Assembly: GCF_001186125.1 (NCBI RefSeq) | Contig: NW_014040301.1 | Coordinates: forward strand, 5,889 to 51,096 | From: Sphaeroforma arctica JP610 | Lineage: Eukaryota | DNA: 45,208 bases | Reading direction: 5' to 3' | In this document: piece by piece, positions 13,992-32,200 of the stretch | How positions within the stretch are numbered: position 1 is the stretch's first letter | Layout: the number at the start of each line of letters is the position of its first letter | Made by a program: the position numbers and the translations under genes | Notes under the pieces: model-generated | What the model was told of the DNA's origin: nothing | The model's input: the letters and a program-made list of their open reading frames with translations, nothing else | Database searches by the model: none

Positions 13992-14269
13992 AATGAGGTA
14001 CAGTACTATTTCCAGCTTCCCTTTGAAAGTACCTAAAGTTTATTGACGTATAATCATAAACGTAACGGTCGAGCATCTGAATGTAAAAGAGTGAACCGAA
14101 TAAGGCGATATACCGCTGGTGCGGGGCAGTGCAAATGATTCCCCGTCACTCATCCCTATTGTTTTTCTCTGTAAACGTTATCGTTCACAAACGCATCGAC
14201 ACGGGCTTACTCTCTTTCTACACTCTTGCAACACAGAAATACGCCAAGCAAGCGAAGTCCAAGAAATGA
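2222..14269 (+). CDS. TyrRS: Tyrosyl-tRNA synthetase, double-length pseudo-dimer type, ~713 aa, 13 exons
   Basis: Exons (all GT-AG, phases consistent): 2222-2455, 3407-3636, 4188-4380, 5545-5670, 7019-7182, 7803-7938, 9030-9173, 10635-10781, 11228-11377, 12040-12282, 12935-13148, 13770-13897, 14237-14269 (2142 nt including stop). Motifs: YDGFEPSGRMHIAQ (HIGH equivalent), ADW, YPLMQCSD, QLGVDQRKVNMLAREY, KMSKS, then a second degenerate TyrRS half ending AFCEP...RSAENGG...LHPGDLK. An extra exon inside the 9539-10098 gap cannot be excluded. Confidence 0.93.
4977..5345. repeat. ~42-bp intronic minisatellite
   Basis: Tandem copies of ACACACACTCTAGCTTCATCAACATACACACAAATAGCAATA in TyrRS intron 3. 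Confidence 0.9.
5715..6390. repeat. ~26-bp intronic minisatellite
   Basis: Many copies of CACTATAGTAAACAGTACACAATACA in TyrRS intron 4. Confidence 0.9.
8335..8770. repeat. ~23-24-bp intronic minisatellite
   Basis: TGATACAT(A)GTGTATATGCG(T/C)A(T/C)A units in TyrRS intron 6. Confidence 0.9.
9539..10098. other. Assembly gap
   Basis: Run of N. Confidence 1.
10170..10660 (+). repeat. ~83-98-bp tandem repeat whose unit spans the exon 8 splice acceptor
   Basis: Units ...CACTCTCATCCCAGGCTTTCTTGCCACTTGCAGACGCG; the last unit is the real acceptor plus the exon start. Confidence 0.85.
13148..13546 (+). repeat. G-rich ~50-60-bp minisatellite starting at the exon 11 donor
   Basis: Recurrent GGTGACAGGGTGTGACAGTTGTCGTGGGTGATGATTG units. 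Confidence 0.85.
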
Positions 14270-14591
14270 AGTGCTCAGATAAACGTACACCAGCGGTAGT
14301 GGGCCACGGGTGTGGCTGCGCATAATAAACTGTGAGCATTAGGCATATCAATAGATTGTGATCTTCATCTTCAGAACATACAAATACATTACGTCGATTG
14401 TGGACTCTATACAGTTATATTCCGTCCTTGGCCCCCAAAAAAAAGGATTAGTAGGTACTTGGTGCTGATTGTCGAGTAAGTGCATGAGCTGGGACCTTTC
14501 TTGGTGACTTCTGAAGCCCTGAGTTCACTGTTCAGACGAAGACGAAGACTTCAGAAGTTCGGTATCCATTTCTGTAAAACGTTTATTCAGG

Positions 14592-14828
14592 TTTACTGTT
14601 GTATGTAGTTTACTACAATAGTTTACTATTGTGTTTAGTGTACTATAATATTCACTATTGTATTTAGCATACTATAATATTTACTATTGTATTTAGTGTA
14701 CTATAATATTTACTATTGTATTTAGTATACTATACTATTTACTATTGTATTTAGTGTACTTAATATTTACTATTGTATTTAGTATACTATAATATTTACT
14801 ATTGTATTTAGTGTACTATAATATTTAG
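14592..14828. repeat. ~30-bp AT-rich tandem repeat
   Basis: TTTACTATTGTATTTAGTGTACTATAATAT units. Confidence 0.85.
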
Positions 14829-15127
14829 TATGTTTTTTGTTTTGATATTTAAACCCCGAATCGCCATATTTTGTATACTTATGTATTGCTTACCACACAA
14901 TGAACGTTCACAGATATGTACGTGCATACATATCATCAAATGAATCAACTATTAGAGGTTGCTTTCTGCGAGTGTGTTCACAGATATGTACGTGCACACA
15001 TATCATCATATGAATCAACTATTAGAGGTTGCTTTCTGCGATCCCAAAGCAGAACCCAAATTCCTTCCAAAAATATTTTTTGAAGTAGAAAATGGTATTT
15101 CTGAAAAGTACGCTGACAATCGCGGCG

Positions 15128-15248
15128 ACAAGTGATGATATATTGATTATATAACAAGTGATGATATATTGATTATATAACAAGTGATAATATAATGATT
15201 ATATAACAAGTGATGATATACTGATTATATAACAAGTGATGATATATT
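15128..15248. repeat. 26-bp tandem repeat (~4.5 copies)
   Basis: ACAAGTGATGATATATTGATTATATA units. Confidence 0.85.
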
Positions 15249-15568
15249 CATTTATCGTCCAGTGGTGCTTCTCCAGCATTGGAATACAAGTATTGTTGCC
15301 CCTCAGCATTCCTTGACCTGGTATTCTCCAGACACTGGTATTGAATCCAGTGTGCCTGTCAACACTCTCGAGCGAGGAAAGTATATGCTATGCACGTCAC
15401 CAATCACTTTGTTGTCCAGACAGCGGTCGCCCACCCTTGGTGTATCGGAAGACAGCTACACTCTGATGACTAAGCCGGTCTTTGGTTCAGTTCAGTGTAT
15501 TCGGAACAGGCGTTAACGCTCACTTGGCACAACAACTGTCATACTGATGCAGCCGGGGGATCAGGTAC

Positions 15569-15708
15569 TACCTACTTGCAGTGTAGATAGTTACCTACTT
15601 GCAGTGTAGATAGTTACCTACTTGCAGTGTAGATAGTTACCTACTTGCAGTGTAGATAGCTACCTACTTGCAGTGTGGATAATTACCTACTTTCGTGTAG
15701 ATAGTTAC
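15569..15708. repeat. 23-bp tandem repeat (~6 copies)
   Basis: TACCTACTTGCAGTGTAGATAGT units. Confidence 0.9.
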
Positions 15709-16005
15709 ACTTACCACTCTGGAGCTGCAAGTCAGTGCACGTTGCGAGTGTATGAGCTATCATCGTCAGGTGGTAGGGATGTCTACCATGGTACGATCAC
15801 TGATGTCTCCCGATGATCTATCACAACCACAGGCGAATGGCCATTGTCCACATACATGTTCCTCTCGTGGAGGTGTTGTGAGTGGCATGAACGGATTCAT
15901 TGAAAAGTGCACAGGCCGACACAGTGCGCACATCGTCGCATGCGCCAATCTTGTGCGTATGCGTATGCGTATGCGTATGCGTGTGCGTGTGCGTGTACGT
16001 GTGCG

Positions 16006-16037
<32 letters not shown>

Positions 16038-16322
16038 GGTATGTGTGTGTGTGTGTGTGTGCACACGTGTGCGTCTTTGTCTGTGTCTGTTTGTGCAAAC
16101 GTGTATGTGCGTGCGAATGTGACTGTGTGACTGTGTGTGTGTGCATGATATACTTCTGACATATATACATACAATAGGCAATCGCACTTCCAATCTAACA
16201 CCGCCCGACCAATTTGGACATACGATACATTCTCACTGTGAACTACGATTCTTTGTAGTTTTAACGTACTTCACACCATTGTTTGCCATCCATCTTCTAC
16301 ATACATCCTCCCCGCTGTAATA

Positions 16323-17507
16323 TCAGCCTATTGGGAATGTCATATCCACCTTCCACCGCATATCCTCATACACCAGCAGGCTGACCTCCGTACACTGCCA
16401 CACTTCTTCAAAGGTCCTATTGTCCAAGTCCTGCCATATGCGCGTGAAGTTGTTCTTGCGTACCTTGCGGGACGCTATAGTCATGTGTGGTTGGTAGTGC
16501 CGATTGTCGGGTGTGATCGCACACGCTTCCGCCAACGCCCGTTCGAGATGTTGTTTCAACTCACTCAGACACGCGCTTTTATCCACGTCTATAAATAGAA
16601 CGCGCGGCGCAAACGAATTGAACCCCGCCAAGCTCACTGTGAATGGCTTGCTGGCCCGTGCAACCTGCCGTAGCACCTGAGCGGAGATGCAGGGCCAGGG
16701 TAGTCAGTGGGGGGGAGGGGGTTTCTTGCGATCTAAAGATATTGAGAGACTTCGGATGAAAGATAGTATGATCAGTGAGAAAGTCTTGTGAATGCTGTTT
16801 GTTGTATTCAGAGACTTCGGCGTATCACTCTGATAACCAATATCACGTGTAGCTGTGTAGTGGCCGTGGATCGAGTTACACTATAATACAGCACGTGCGC
16901 GGTACTGATTGTATACTCTAGCGTATAGTGGAAGCACCGGCTTATTAAACTCGCGAGAGTATCTGCAAGCACTGCTTTGCATTCTACTCGCTAATATAGC
17001 GATGTAGCTGTACGAGATATCTACTAACACTTGTGCATCTCATTGTGTTGTATTGAGCGATTAGTTGTGAATATTGATGGAAACTACTTGGAATGTCAAA
17101 ACTATAATTAACTACGAGGCAATACATAGCAAGAGATCTCATACGATTCGCATATAAAGACTCAAAAACATTCATTGATCGATACCACTACGTAATGCTA
17201 TAGAATCAATCACATGTCTAACCAATACAAGTACCGAAAAGGAAAATAATTACCTGTGTGATCCATTATCTGTGTTGTTGATCGCCTATTCAATAATCCA
17301 TCACAAGACCAGTCGATCACTAACCTGTTTAACCGGTTGAGTGGCTTCTCCTTCATCTGCTATCACCTCAAAGGGTGCGATGAGCGTGACATGCGGCATC
17401 GTCCTGGCTGTGCGTGTGCCGTACTTCACAGTGAGTTCGTCAATTATCGCACTCGCCTTATCTTGTATGTCACTGGGCGGCACCAATGCTACAAACCACC
17501 TGCGCAT
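16323..17507 (-). CDS. 2H phosphoesterase / 2'-5' RNA ligase (LigT/YjcG-like) family protein, ~178 aa, 2 exons
   Basis: Exon 1 17507-17325 (MRRWFVALVPP...PHVTLIAPF...VKQ|GTTAGT) and exon 2 16676-16323 (TCAG|VLRQ...FNSFAPRVLFIDV...YQPHMTIA...TFPIG*). Both HxT motifs are present and the phase-0 splice is consistent. Confidence 0.88.
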
Positions 17508-17829
17508 GTTGCCACTATAATCTCTAGCAACACTCACAGTAGCCGCGTCAGGTAATAGCTATGTACGGGTGTTGTTGTAGCTGATTGAGTGTTCGTATCC
17601 TATTTCCCTTGGCATATATTTTTACTATATTCACCCGCGTTTGAAATACATAAATATACTGTGTGGCTGCTGCCCGCTATCATGATGATGATAGTCGTGA
17701 CATTGATACGATGCAATTAATGCCCATCATTTAAATATTTGGGTTTCGTTAGCACAAAATAGCATACCCGTCTTGTATGGTTTCAGAAGGCTATTATGAA
17801 AATAAACTATTTCTTGGCATATATTTTTA

Positions 17830-17846
17830 CTATATATATTTATATA

Positions 17847-17933
<87 letters not shown>

Positions 17934-17997
17934 CTATATATATCTATATATAACTATATATATATATATATATATAACTATATATATGTATATATAC
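17830..17997. repeat. (TA)n microsatellite
   Basis: Long TA run next to the truncated DIRS end. Confidence 0.95.
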
Positions 17998-18029
17998 AAA
18001 TTTATTTTATTTTTTTGGGGGGGGGGGCA

Positions 18030-20240
18030 GTCACCACTCCTAGCTGAGAATGCCGTGGAGCAAACTGACATCCTTGCTCGGAAACGGTGCTGAAAACGCC
18101 AGCACTAGTGCTTTTAGTTCGAGTTCGAGTACTGCTATTGGCCAGTGCTGCTCTGTCTGTATCCATGTTCCTGCAAATTTCCATGTCTTCTGATTGAAGG
18201 ATAAGGTTGCTCCAAAACCTATTTTCGATGCGTCTGATGTGATCGTCCCTTTGTGCTCTGGGAGGAGCTAAATTGTTCGAGTTTGAAAAATCTCGATGAG
18301 CAATTGGATGTGCTCGAATTTTTTTAATGCTGCTCCTGATAATCTGATTTGAGCAGAGCGGCTCCACAGAGTTGTCTGCTGTAAATCCGCAATAAAGGGA
18401 CATAAGCCGAGAATGGAGTAACCCGCCCATTGGAGGGACCCTAAGAACGACTGCCAAAGTTTTGTCTTGATTTTTTTTTCTGATGTTTCAGGCCCATTGT
18501 CCGGATGGCTGCTGCCAGGCGCAGTAGTTTCTCAATGAAGCCCTGAGTTATCGTGATTGTGTTTTGTATAAAGTCTATGACTACGCCGAGGTGCTGAAGA
18601 TTCGTCACGGGATGTGTCCAATATCCCTTTCCTTTTGCGAACTCCAGCCCTAACGATTTAAAGAGGTCGATTATTTGTTGACGGTGTTGCATGATTTGTT
18701 CCCTGGATCGGCCCAGGAGAAGTAGATCGTCTACGTATAGTATTATTCGGATCCCCTGGTTGCGGAGAACTTTGCGAACAACATCTTTCAGTTGATTGAA
18801 GTATGCTGGGGGAAACGTGGCGCCCATCGGAAGGGCGAGAAAGCACCATAGTTGGCCCGTGTGGTCTCGAAACTGCCATAGGTGGGGGTCTGCCACAGTT
18901 AATGCATAGAATCCATCTGCGAGCAACATGAGCCAGCCTCTCTAGACCTTCCACTCGGAACGCTTTCTTCTCGGCACGGTCGTTGGTCTCTGCAGGATTG
19001 AGTAGGAGCCGAGAACGGATCCCATCTGCTTTGAGAATCATGAATGTGGAGTGTATTAGGTATGCCTCCGATTCCTGGCAGCGTCGGATAACCCCTTCTC
19101 CCTCCAGTCGCGATAGCTACGCGGTTATCATTGGATCCGTGACTTCTGGAATAGTTATCCACCTGCCCTTCTGTGATGCTGGTGGAGGACCCTTCGGACA
19201 CCATACTGGCCGAACGCCGTATTGGATCGCCTGGAGTACCTCCTTGGTCGCGCCGTGTTCCCTCCACTTTGCTATAGTACTTCAAACACATTGATAAAGC
19301 AGAGCTGGCGCGGCCTTCTTACTTGTCAGCTTCGTCCTCCTCCTTCTTGTTGTATTTGAATTTATGGAGGTTGATCTTGAACTACTTGTTTTTGTTCTGC
19401 CGCACGAATTTCTGAATGTCTGACGAGTTGTGATGAGTTGGCTTCACCTACTGCTTTACCAATGCAGCAAAGGCTTTGCCCTCCACCACTCTTAACTGTT
19501 TAAGTTCCACTACTTGGCCTAGGTCCTTAATTACATCTAACATGAGCCCTAGATAGGATTCTTCTCGGTGTCCGGGAGATAGGCCACCGAGATGGATTCG
19601 CTTGATTTCGTGGGCCATATAATTGGCCCAATTTAAGATATTGTCAACTTCTTCCCGCGCCTCGGCTTTCTGGCCCCTATTCCAAATGGGAGTAGCAACT
19701 GGTGATTCCAATAGTCCTCTTGGGTATGACACGTTATCTTGACACCACACTGCTGTGCATGTATCCAAGGGTAGTCCTGTGCTCTACTCTCTGTTCGCTA
19801 CGGCGGGGCACTGGTATAGATTATTAATATGTTCATATGTGGAGACTCCGGTTATTTCGAGCCGGAGTCCAAAAAGAGAGTTACGGCCCATCACAGGCAC
19901 TGCGTAGCCACGCTGTTCAATCTCCAACCGAATTGTCCCGGCTGCTTCTCTGAAATAGGGGCGTGGGCGAATGGCATCCGCGTTTGGTGCCTGTTGATGG
20001 TCGCCTCCTTAGTCCATGACAATGGTTGTGGATAGGTAGTTTATTAGAGAGCCAACACTTCTACTAGAAGTAGAAGGAGAAAGGGATGAGAGACAGTGTT
20101 CCGTCTTTCGTCCTTTTATAGTACAACTTTCGAGTTGTACTACAAAAGAACGTGGAGTAGGACAGAGATTTATTTACACAATCAGTGAGTCACTGATTAA
20201 ATCACTAGGTGATTTAATCTGGGACACGCGATTCTGTAAA
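18030..20240 (-). mobile_element. Decayed, 3'-truncated DIRS-type (tyrosine-recombinase) retrotransposon: gag-like, RT, partial RNase H
   Basis: RT pieces FMILKADG..SRLLLNP..KKAFRVEGL, LADGFY, LALPMGA, ILYVDDLLLLG, LQHLGVVID; RNase H TITSDASKIGFGA..FAGTW..IAVLELELKAL (~18100-18250); gag-like ORF 19448-19768. Contains frameshifts and stops; the outer boundaries are approximate. Confidence 0.82.
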
Positions 20241-20309
20241 AAATCATCTGGATCTACTCCATGTTCCATAATAATATATGAATGTGTAAAACATTATGTA
20301 ATATATATA

Positions 20310-20818
20310 NNNNNNNNNNNNNNNNNNNNNNNNNNNNNNNNNNNNNNNNNNNNNNNNNNNNNNNNNNNNNNNNNNNNNNNNNNNNNNNNNNNNNNNNNNN
20401 NNNNNNNNNNNNNNNNNNNNNNNNNNNNNNNNNNNNNNNNNNNNNNNNNNNNNNNNNNNNNNNNNNNNNNNNNNNNNNNNNNNNNNNNNNNNNNNNNNNN
20501 NNNNNNNNNNNNNNNNNNNNNNNNNNNNNNNNNNNNNNNNNNNNNNNNNNNNNNNNNNNNNNNNNNNNNNNNNNNNNNNNNNNNNNNNNNNNNNNNNNNN
20601 NNNNNNNNNNNNNNNNNNNNNNNNNNNNNNNNNNNNNNNNNNNNNNNNNNNNNNNNNNNNNNNNNNNNNNNNNNNNNNNNNNNNNNNNNNNNNNNNNNNN
20701 NNNNNNNNNNNNNNNNNNNNNNNNNNNNNNNNNNNNNNNNNNNNNNNNNNNNNNNNNNNNNNNNNNNNNNNNNNNNNNNNNNNNNNNNNNNNNNNNNNNN
20801 NNNNNNNNNNNNNNNNNN
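20310..20818. other. Assembly gap within TA-rich microsatellite
   Basis: Run of N flanked by (TA)n that continues to ~21100. Confidence 1.
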
Positions 20819-20935
20819 ATATATACATATATACATATGTATATATGTATATATGTATATATGTATATGTATAATGTATATATGTATATATGTATATATA
20901 TATATATATATGTATATATTGTATATATGTATATA

Positions 20936-20976
<41 letters not shown>

Positions 20977-21055
20977 ATATGTATGTATATATGTATATAT
21001 ATATGTATGTATGTATATATGTATATATATATATGTAGATATGTATATATATATG

Positions 21056-21092
<37 letters not shown>

Positions 21093-21489
21093 TTATATAT
21101 AAAAACATGTATTTATAAATAGAAATGCCACAGATAGACTGAGTCTACTCTACTACTCTGAGTAGAGGGATAGAGCGAGAGACTGTCGAGTGTCGAGACT
21201 CGAGAGAGAGAGTTTCGACTTTCGAGGTACTTTTTTTTATTTTAAAAGCAACAACAAATTCATTTATGTAAAATATTGTAAAATTAAGGGTAAATATTTA
21301 AAAATCCTATTTGTAGTCAGTGTACACGTCATGAAGGATTATAAATGGCTGTCCTGACGAATCGTCACCATGGCTTCACGTACTCACATATACATACATA
21401 CACACCACCCTTCGTAGAGCCTATATATCATTCATGTGCAATGGTGTGAAGGGGTGCTATAGATGGAGCCAGCCATCGCTTAGGGCAAT

Positions 21490-28269
<6,780 letters not shown>

Positions 28270-28717
28270 CAAAGAGCTTCTTAAAGAATGAGCGAAGCAC
28301 ACCAATACTTAGAGATTACTGGTATAAATTGTACTGTCAACTCAATGCGAGTGTCGGGCTGCCAATATTAGTTTGCTTCACTAAAATACTTGACAATGTG
28401 TTCAATTTCAAAAAAAAGAAAATGTTTTTCATATTGGAGGCACTTCAGGTTAAACTACTGATATGCAAGGAGCTACATACCGATAGTAGCCTTCATTGTC
28501 AGTATATTCCCGGATTCAGCTTTTTATGTACTACGAGGTATACATATGGTGCCACGGGAAGTGTCTTCCGTATCTCGAATAGCAAACTGTTGTTAGAAAT
28601 AGTCATTCTGCTAGGGACGACGTAGGTGGGCCAAGTTTATTTGCTTTAATTTGTCTCGCGAACAACGATATGACTTTTTATTCTGAACATCTGAACAAGC
28701 TGTATAGTACAGCCATC

Positions 28718-28870
28718 CTGTAGTGCCACTCTCCAATCATGAGGATTGGTATAGTGAAGCACACCAGTCTGTAGTGCCACTCTCCATTCATGAGGATTGG
28801 TATAGTGAAGCACACCAGTCTGTAGTGCCACTCTCCAATCATGAGGATTGGTATAGTGAAGCACACCAGT
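28718..28870. repeat. 51-bp tandem repeat x3 with internal hairpin
   Basis: CTGTAGTGCCACTCTCCAATCATGAGGATTGGTATAGTGAAGCACACCAGT at 28718, 28769 and 28820. Confidence 0.92.
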
Positions 28871-29253
28871 TAATATTTACATCCAATGAAATCACTCGAT
28901 TTCGGCCTGCTTTTTTCACTCTCTAAAACCAAAAGTATTTGTAAACCCCTCTAGGTATTTTATTTATTTTTATGAATCTCTTTGTTGCTACTCTCAAATC
29001 TGTTTTCTTACTCTCAAACCCGTTTTGGCCACACTTTCAACCCCAATTTGCTACTCTCAACTTCAATCTCTTATTCTTAAAACTATATATGCCACGCTTT
29101 CAACCCTAGTTTGGCAATTTTCTACTCTCAGATTCATTTTGTTCCTTTCAAACCCATTTCGCTACACTTTCAAACCCATTCTTATACTCTCAAAAACATT
29201 TCTGTCCGCCGGTCGGCCTAATCTCGTGATTTCATTGGATGTAAATATTAACT
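28868..29253. mobile_element. MITE/foldback-like non-autonomous element with 28-bp terminal inverted repeats
   Basis: AGTTAATATTTACATCCAATGAAATCAC (28868-28895) and its exact reverse complement (29226-29253); non-coding interior with periodic CT(C/T)TCAA motifs; no clear TSD. Confidence 0.6.
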
Positions 29254-32200
29254 ACATTTATCAAATTGTTGTAAAAGTTTTGGTCTCGTTGGGTTTTAAA
29301 TTGAACTCGTGTTAGCACCTCGTGTTTTGGCTCGGAACTCGTGTCAAATATGTCGTAAATTCGTGAATCAACTTGTTGTTTTTTTTGGTTTGGTTTTGCA
29401 ACTCGTTTTGAAACGCGCCCTTTCATCACAAAAAAAAAATGGTGCTCAAACTCATTTAATTTCCAAACTCGATCAAAACTTTTCAAACAATTTGATAACT
29501 GTACAATAATCATAGGGCTATGGTCGAGTGAGCCTGTTTGTAGCCAGCTTGCTCAATTCGATTTCGTAATTTCGCTACACTCTTCAGTTTAAGGGTAGTA
29601 GAATATGAACCATCTATTCCATTTGTACTGGGCCGCCATCGTTTATATCACTTCGGTAGCAAATTCTTTGGATAATTTTAGCCAAACTTTTCCTGCGCAG
29701 TTGAACTGTATCCCTTGTGTAGTTCTGTACTGTACCAACTGGGCAGCTGTGTATAATCACAGAAACCCTAATATTGTGGCACGATCTCCAACAGTACACT
29801 TTGCTATCTGCATATTTCATTATATATTCTCATACGGACTCCTGACTCGTATGATGAGTTTTCTACTGCCGGTTCCAGATATCTGTGTGAATTTTTCGTA
29901 CTACGTTTGGTACATAAAGCATATGTGTATCTACTGGAGTGTACGCATACGTGGTTGAATACACAAGTATTGCCATGAAATTCCGCACACGCATACAAAG
30001 ATACAAAGTTAAAGACAGTACACTCTGGCGCGCTGGATGCTACTCTATCTCGATAGCCTAGAAAGTGACTATATCGTTTGTATACGACCAACATTTGATC
30101 CAGATATAACTACTGTTGAAACTTTCAGCATATCTGTCGTAGCGTTAAATATGCGGACCAGAACGAGATATCGTTTGTAACCATATGTATTACTAACTCG
30201 AGAGACTCATATGACTAACTCGAGAGATTGACTTCTATATCGCGATTACTTGGGGTTTATCGATCAGAATATATATGTCCGTACCACACACTGGACTACA
30301 AACCCTCAAGGAAAAAAGACTACTTTCGATGTATTCTAGGCTCATTAGAATCAGCTGCTGGTAAAGGAGAATCATGTACATATTCATTATCCATTATTTT
30401 AGAAGTCAAAGGATGTGATCTGACCGGGGATTCCAAACGATAGAGGTTATTGTCGGGAAAAGGTAGACACCATAATGAAATATGCCAATTCGTATTCTAT
30501 TGGTAATTTAGGGGACTTTGAATATAGTTACAAAAACCAGGACAGATAGCAAAGCTAAACCAGTCTGTAGGGATAATACTATTTATTTCAAAAATGGCAA
30601 GTATGTATGATACAATGTATGAACATATGGTGTAGCTCTCATAGTCGCTGTAGTGGTTCAGGAAAGATTGATGGGAAGAAGTGGTCAGTAAATTCCCGTT
30701 TGAAGCTTGGGCCAAGTTAGTCGACAATGGAAGATATGTGCTGAGTCAATTCGGGCCGGTGTTGACAAAACATTGTTACTATCGAGTGCTCCATATATTC
30801 GCTTGCTGACCTACTAAGTAGAGTACCCACTTCTGTGGTACGGATCGGGTCTGCGCCGTGTAGTGCCGCGGAGTGGGTTAGTGCAGAGTACGAAATACCG
30901 AGACGGACCAGGTTATCCGTCATAATTCGGTCGAGAAGCGAGGATGGGGGTAAGCCAATGCCGCACCAGACCATGGATGAATTCGGTATGTGAGCGCTAT
31001 GATAGTGTACTTTCGTAGGGGTGAAAAAATCGCCAAAAACGTATGACGTAGAAAGCGGAACACCGTGATATTTGGGATGTTCTGTGGAATGTGACGAGTA
31101 TACATTACTTCAGCTGGACAATGCAGCCATTAGACGGCTTATTATAACAGCTTCAAATAAAGCGACATTCTATATATATCAGGACCGTAAATATATTAAC
31201 TGCCAATGTGCATGTTAAATACGCTGCTGATATACGTCGCTATTGATATAGCAAGTAGATTATATTATATCGACTAGTGCTTTTCTTCAGACAATTAACA
31301 GAATTTTGGTCAAATAGACTCTGCTATTTATGGTCTAGATTGGCCCTTGAAACGCTGTTAATGTCCGGATCAGAAGGTACATTATATAAATGCTAAACTG
31401 GGGATAGAGCTGCAAATCATCTCACAGTAACGCGTGCGTTGGGCATGAAAGATCATCAAATAAGTAGTAGTGACACATCAGGAATGAACCAGTCTATAGC
31501 TATGGTATTGCACAATCTAATAGGATAAGAATAGTATGTCAATATACACGTTGCATTCGACCCCGCTGATCATAGAATATATAGTTCAGAAATTTTACAA
31601 GTAGGTTATGAAGTTGTGACTCCTGCCATATGTTTGCCTCGAGGTATACTTGATTGAAGCTGATCACTCAGCCTCCCCGACATCCAATTATCTTGCTAAG
31701 TATGCATATGTNNNNNNNNNNNNNNNNNNNNAATTTCCATCGAAGTTTACACATATTAGTCGAACTACACCGTCAAGGTACAAAATTTCTCTATCAAACA
31801 CGTCGGTCTGCTGAAGAAGTACAGTACCGAAGCAGTCAAAATGAGCAAAATTTACATTCCACTCGTCACGGAAACAATGGGAGAAATAACTCCGAGCAAT
31901 GTCGAGCATTAAAGCTCAAAAGGGAACAAATGTATCCGCGGGGCGAGATCTCACCATTTAATTCTGATAAACATGCAAACCTCACAACATAATAGACTGT
32001 ATGATGAAAATACCGAGGGCACTGCACAACTTTAGGTTCGATGAATGTTTACGAAACGACTACCAAGCTCCTATCGAGTGTTGTCACGCTCGTTGCAATA
32101 AGAAGCATAATTTGAAAAAGAAAAACTATCCAATCATAAATGGAATTATAGCTAATTACATATCGTGTATGAAAGAACAGACGAGTTTCTCAAGAAATTA

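Noticed and set aside
14269..16323. Functional link (tRNA repair module) between TyrRS and the neighbouring 2H enzyme
   Set aside because: Convergent eukaryotic genes about 2 kb apart; adjacency alone is not evidence of co-function.
29520..31700. Short ORFs in non-repetitive DNA, also at 15262-15516 and 39000-40390
   Set aside because: No recognisable motifs or consistent splice chain; probably UTR or old TE debris.
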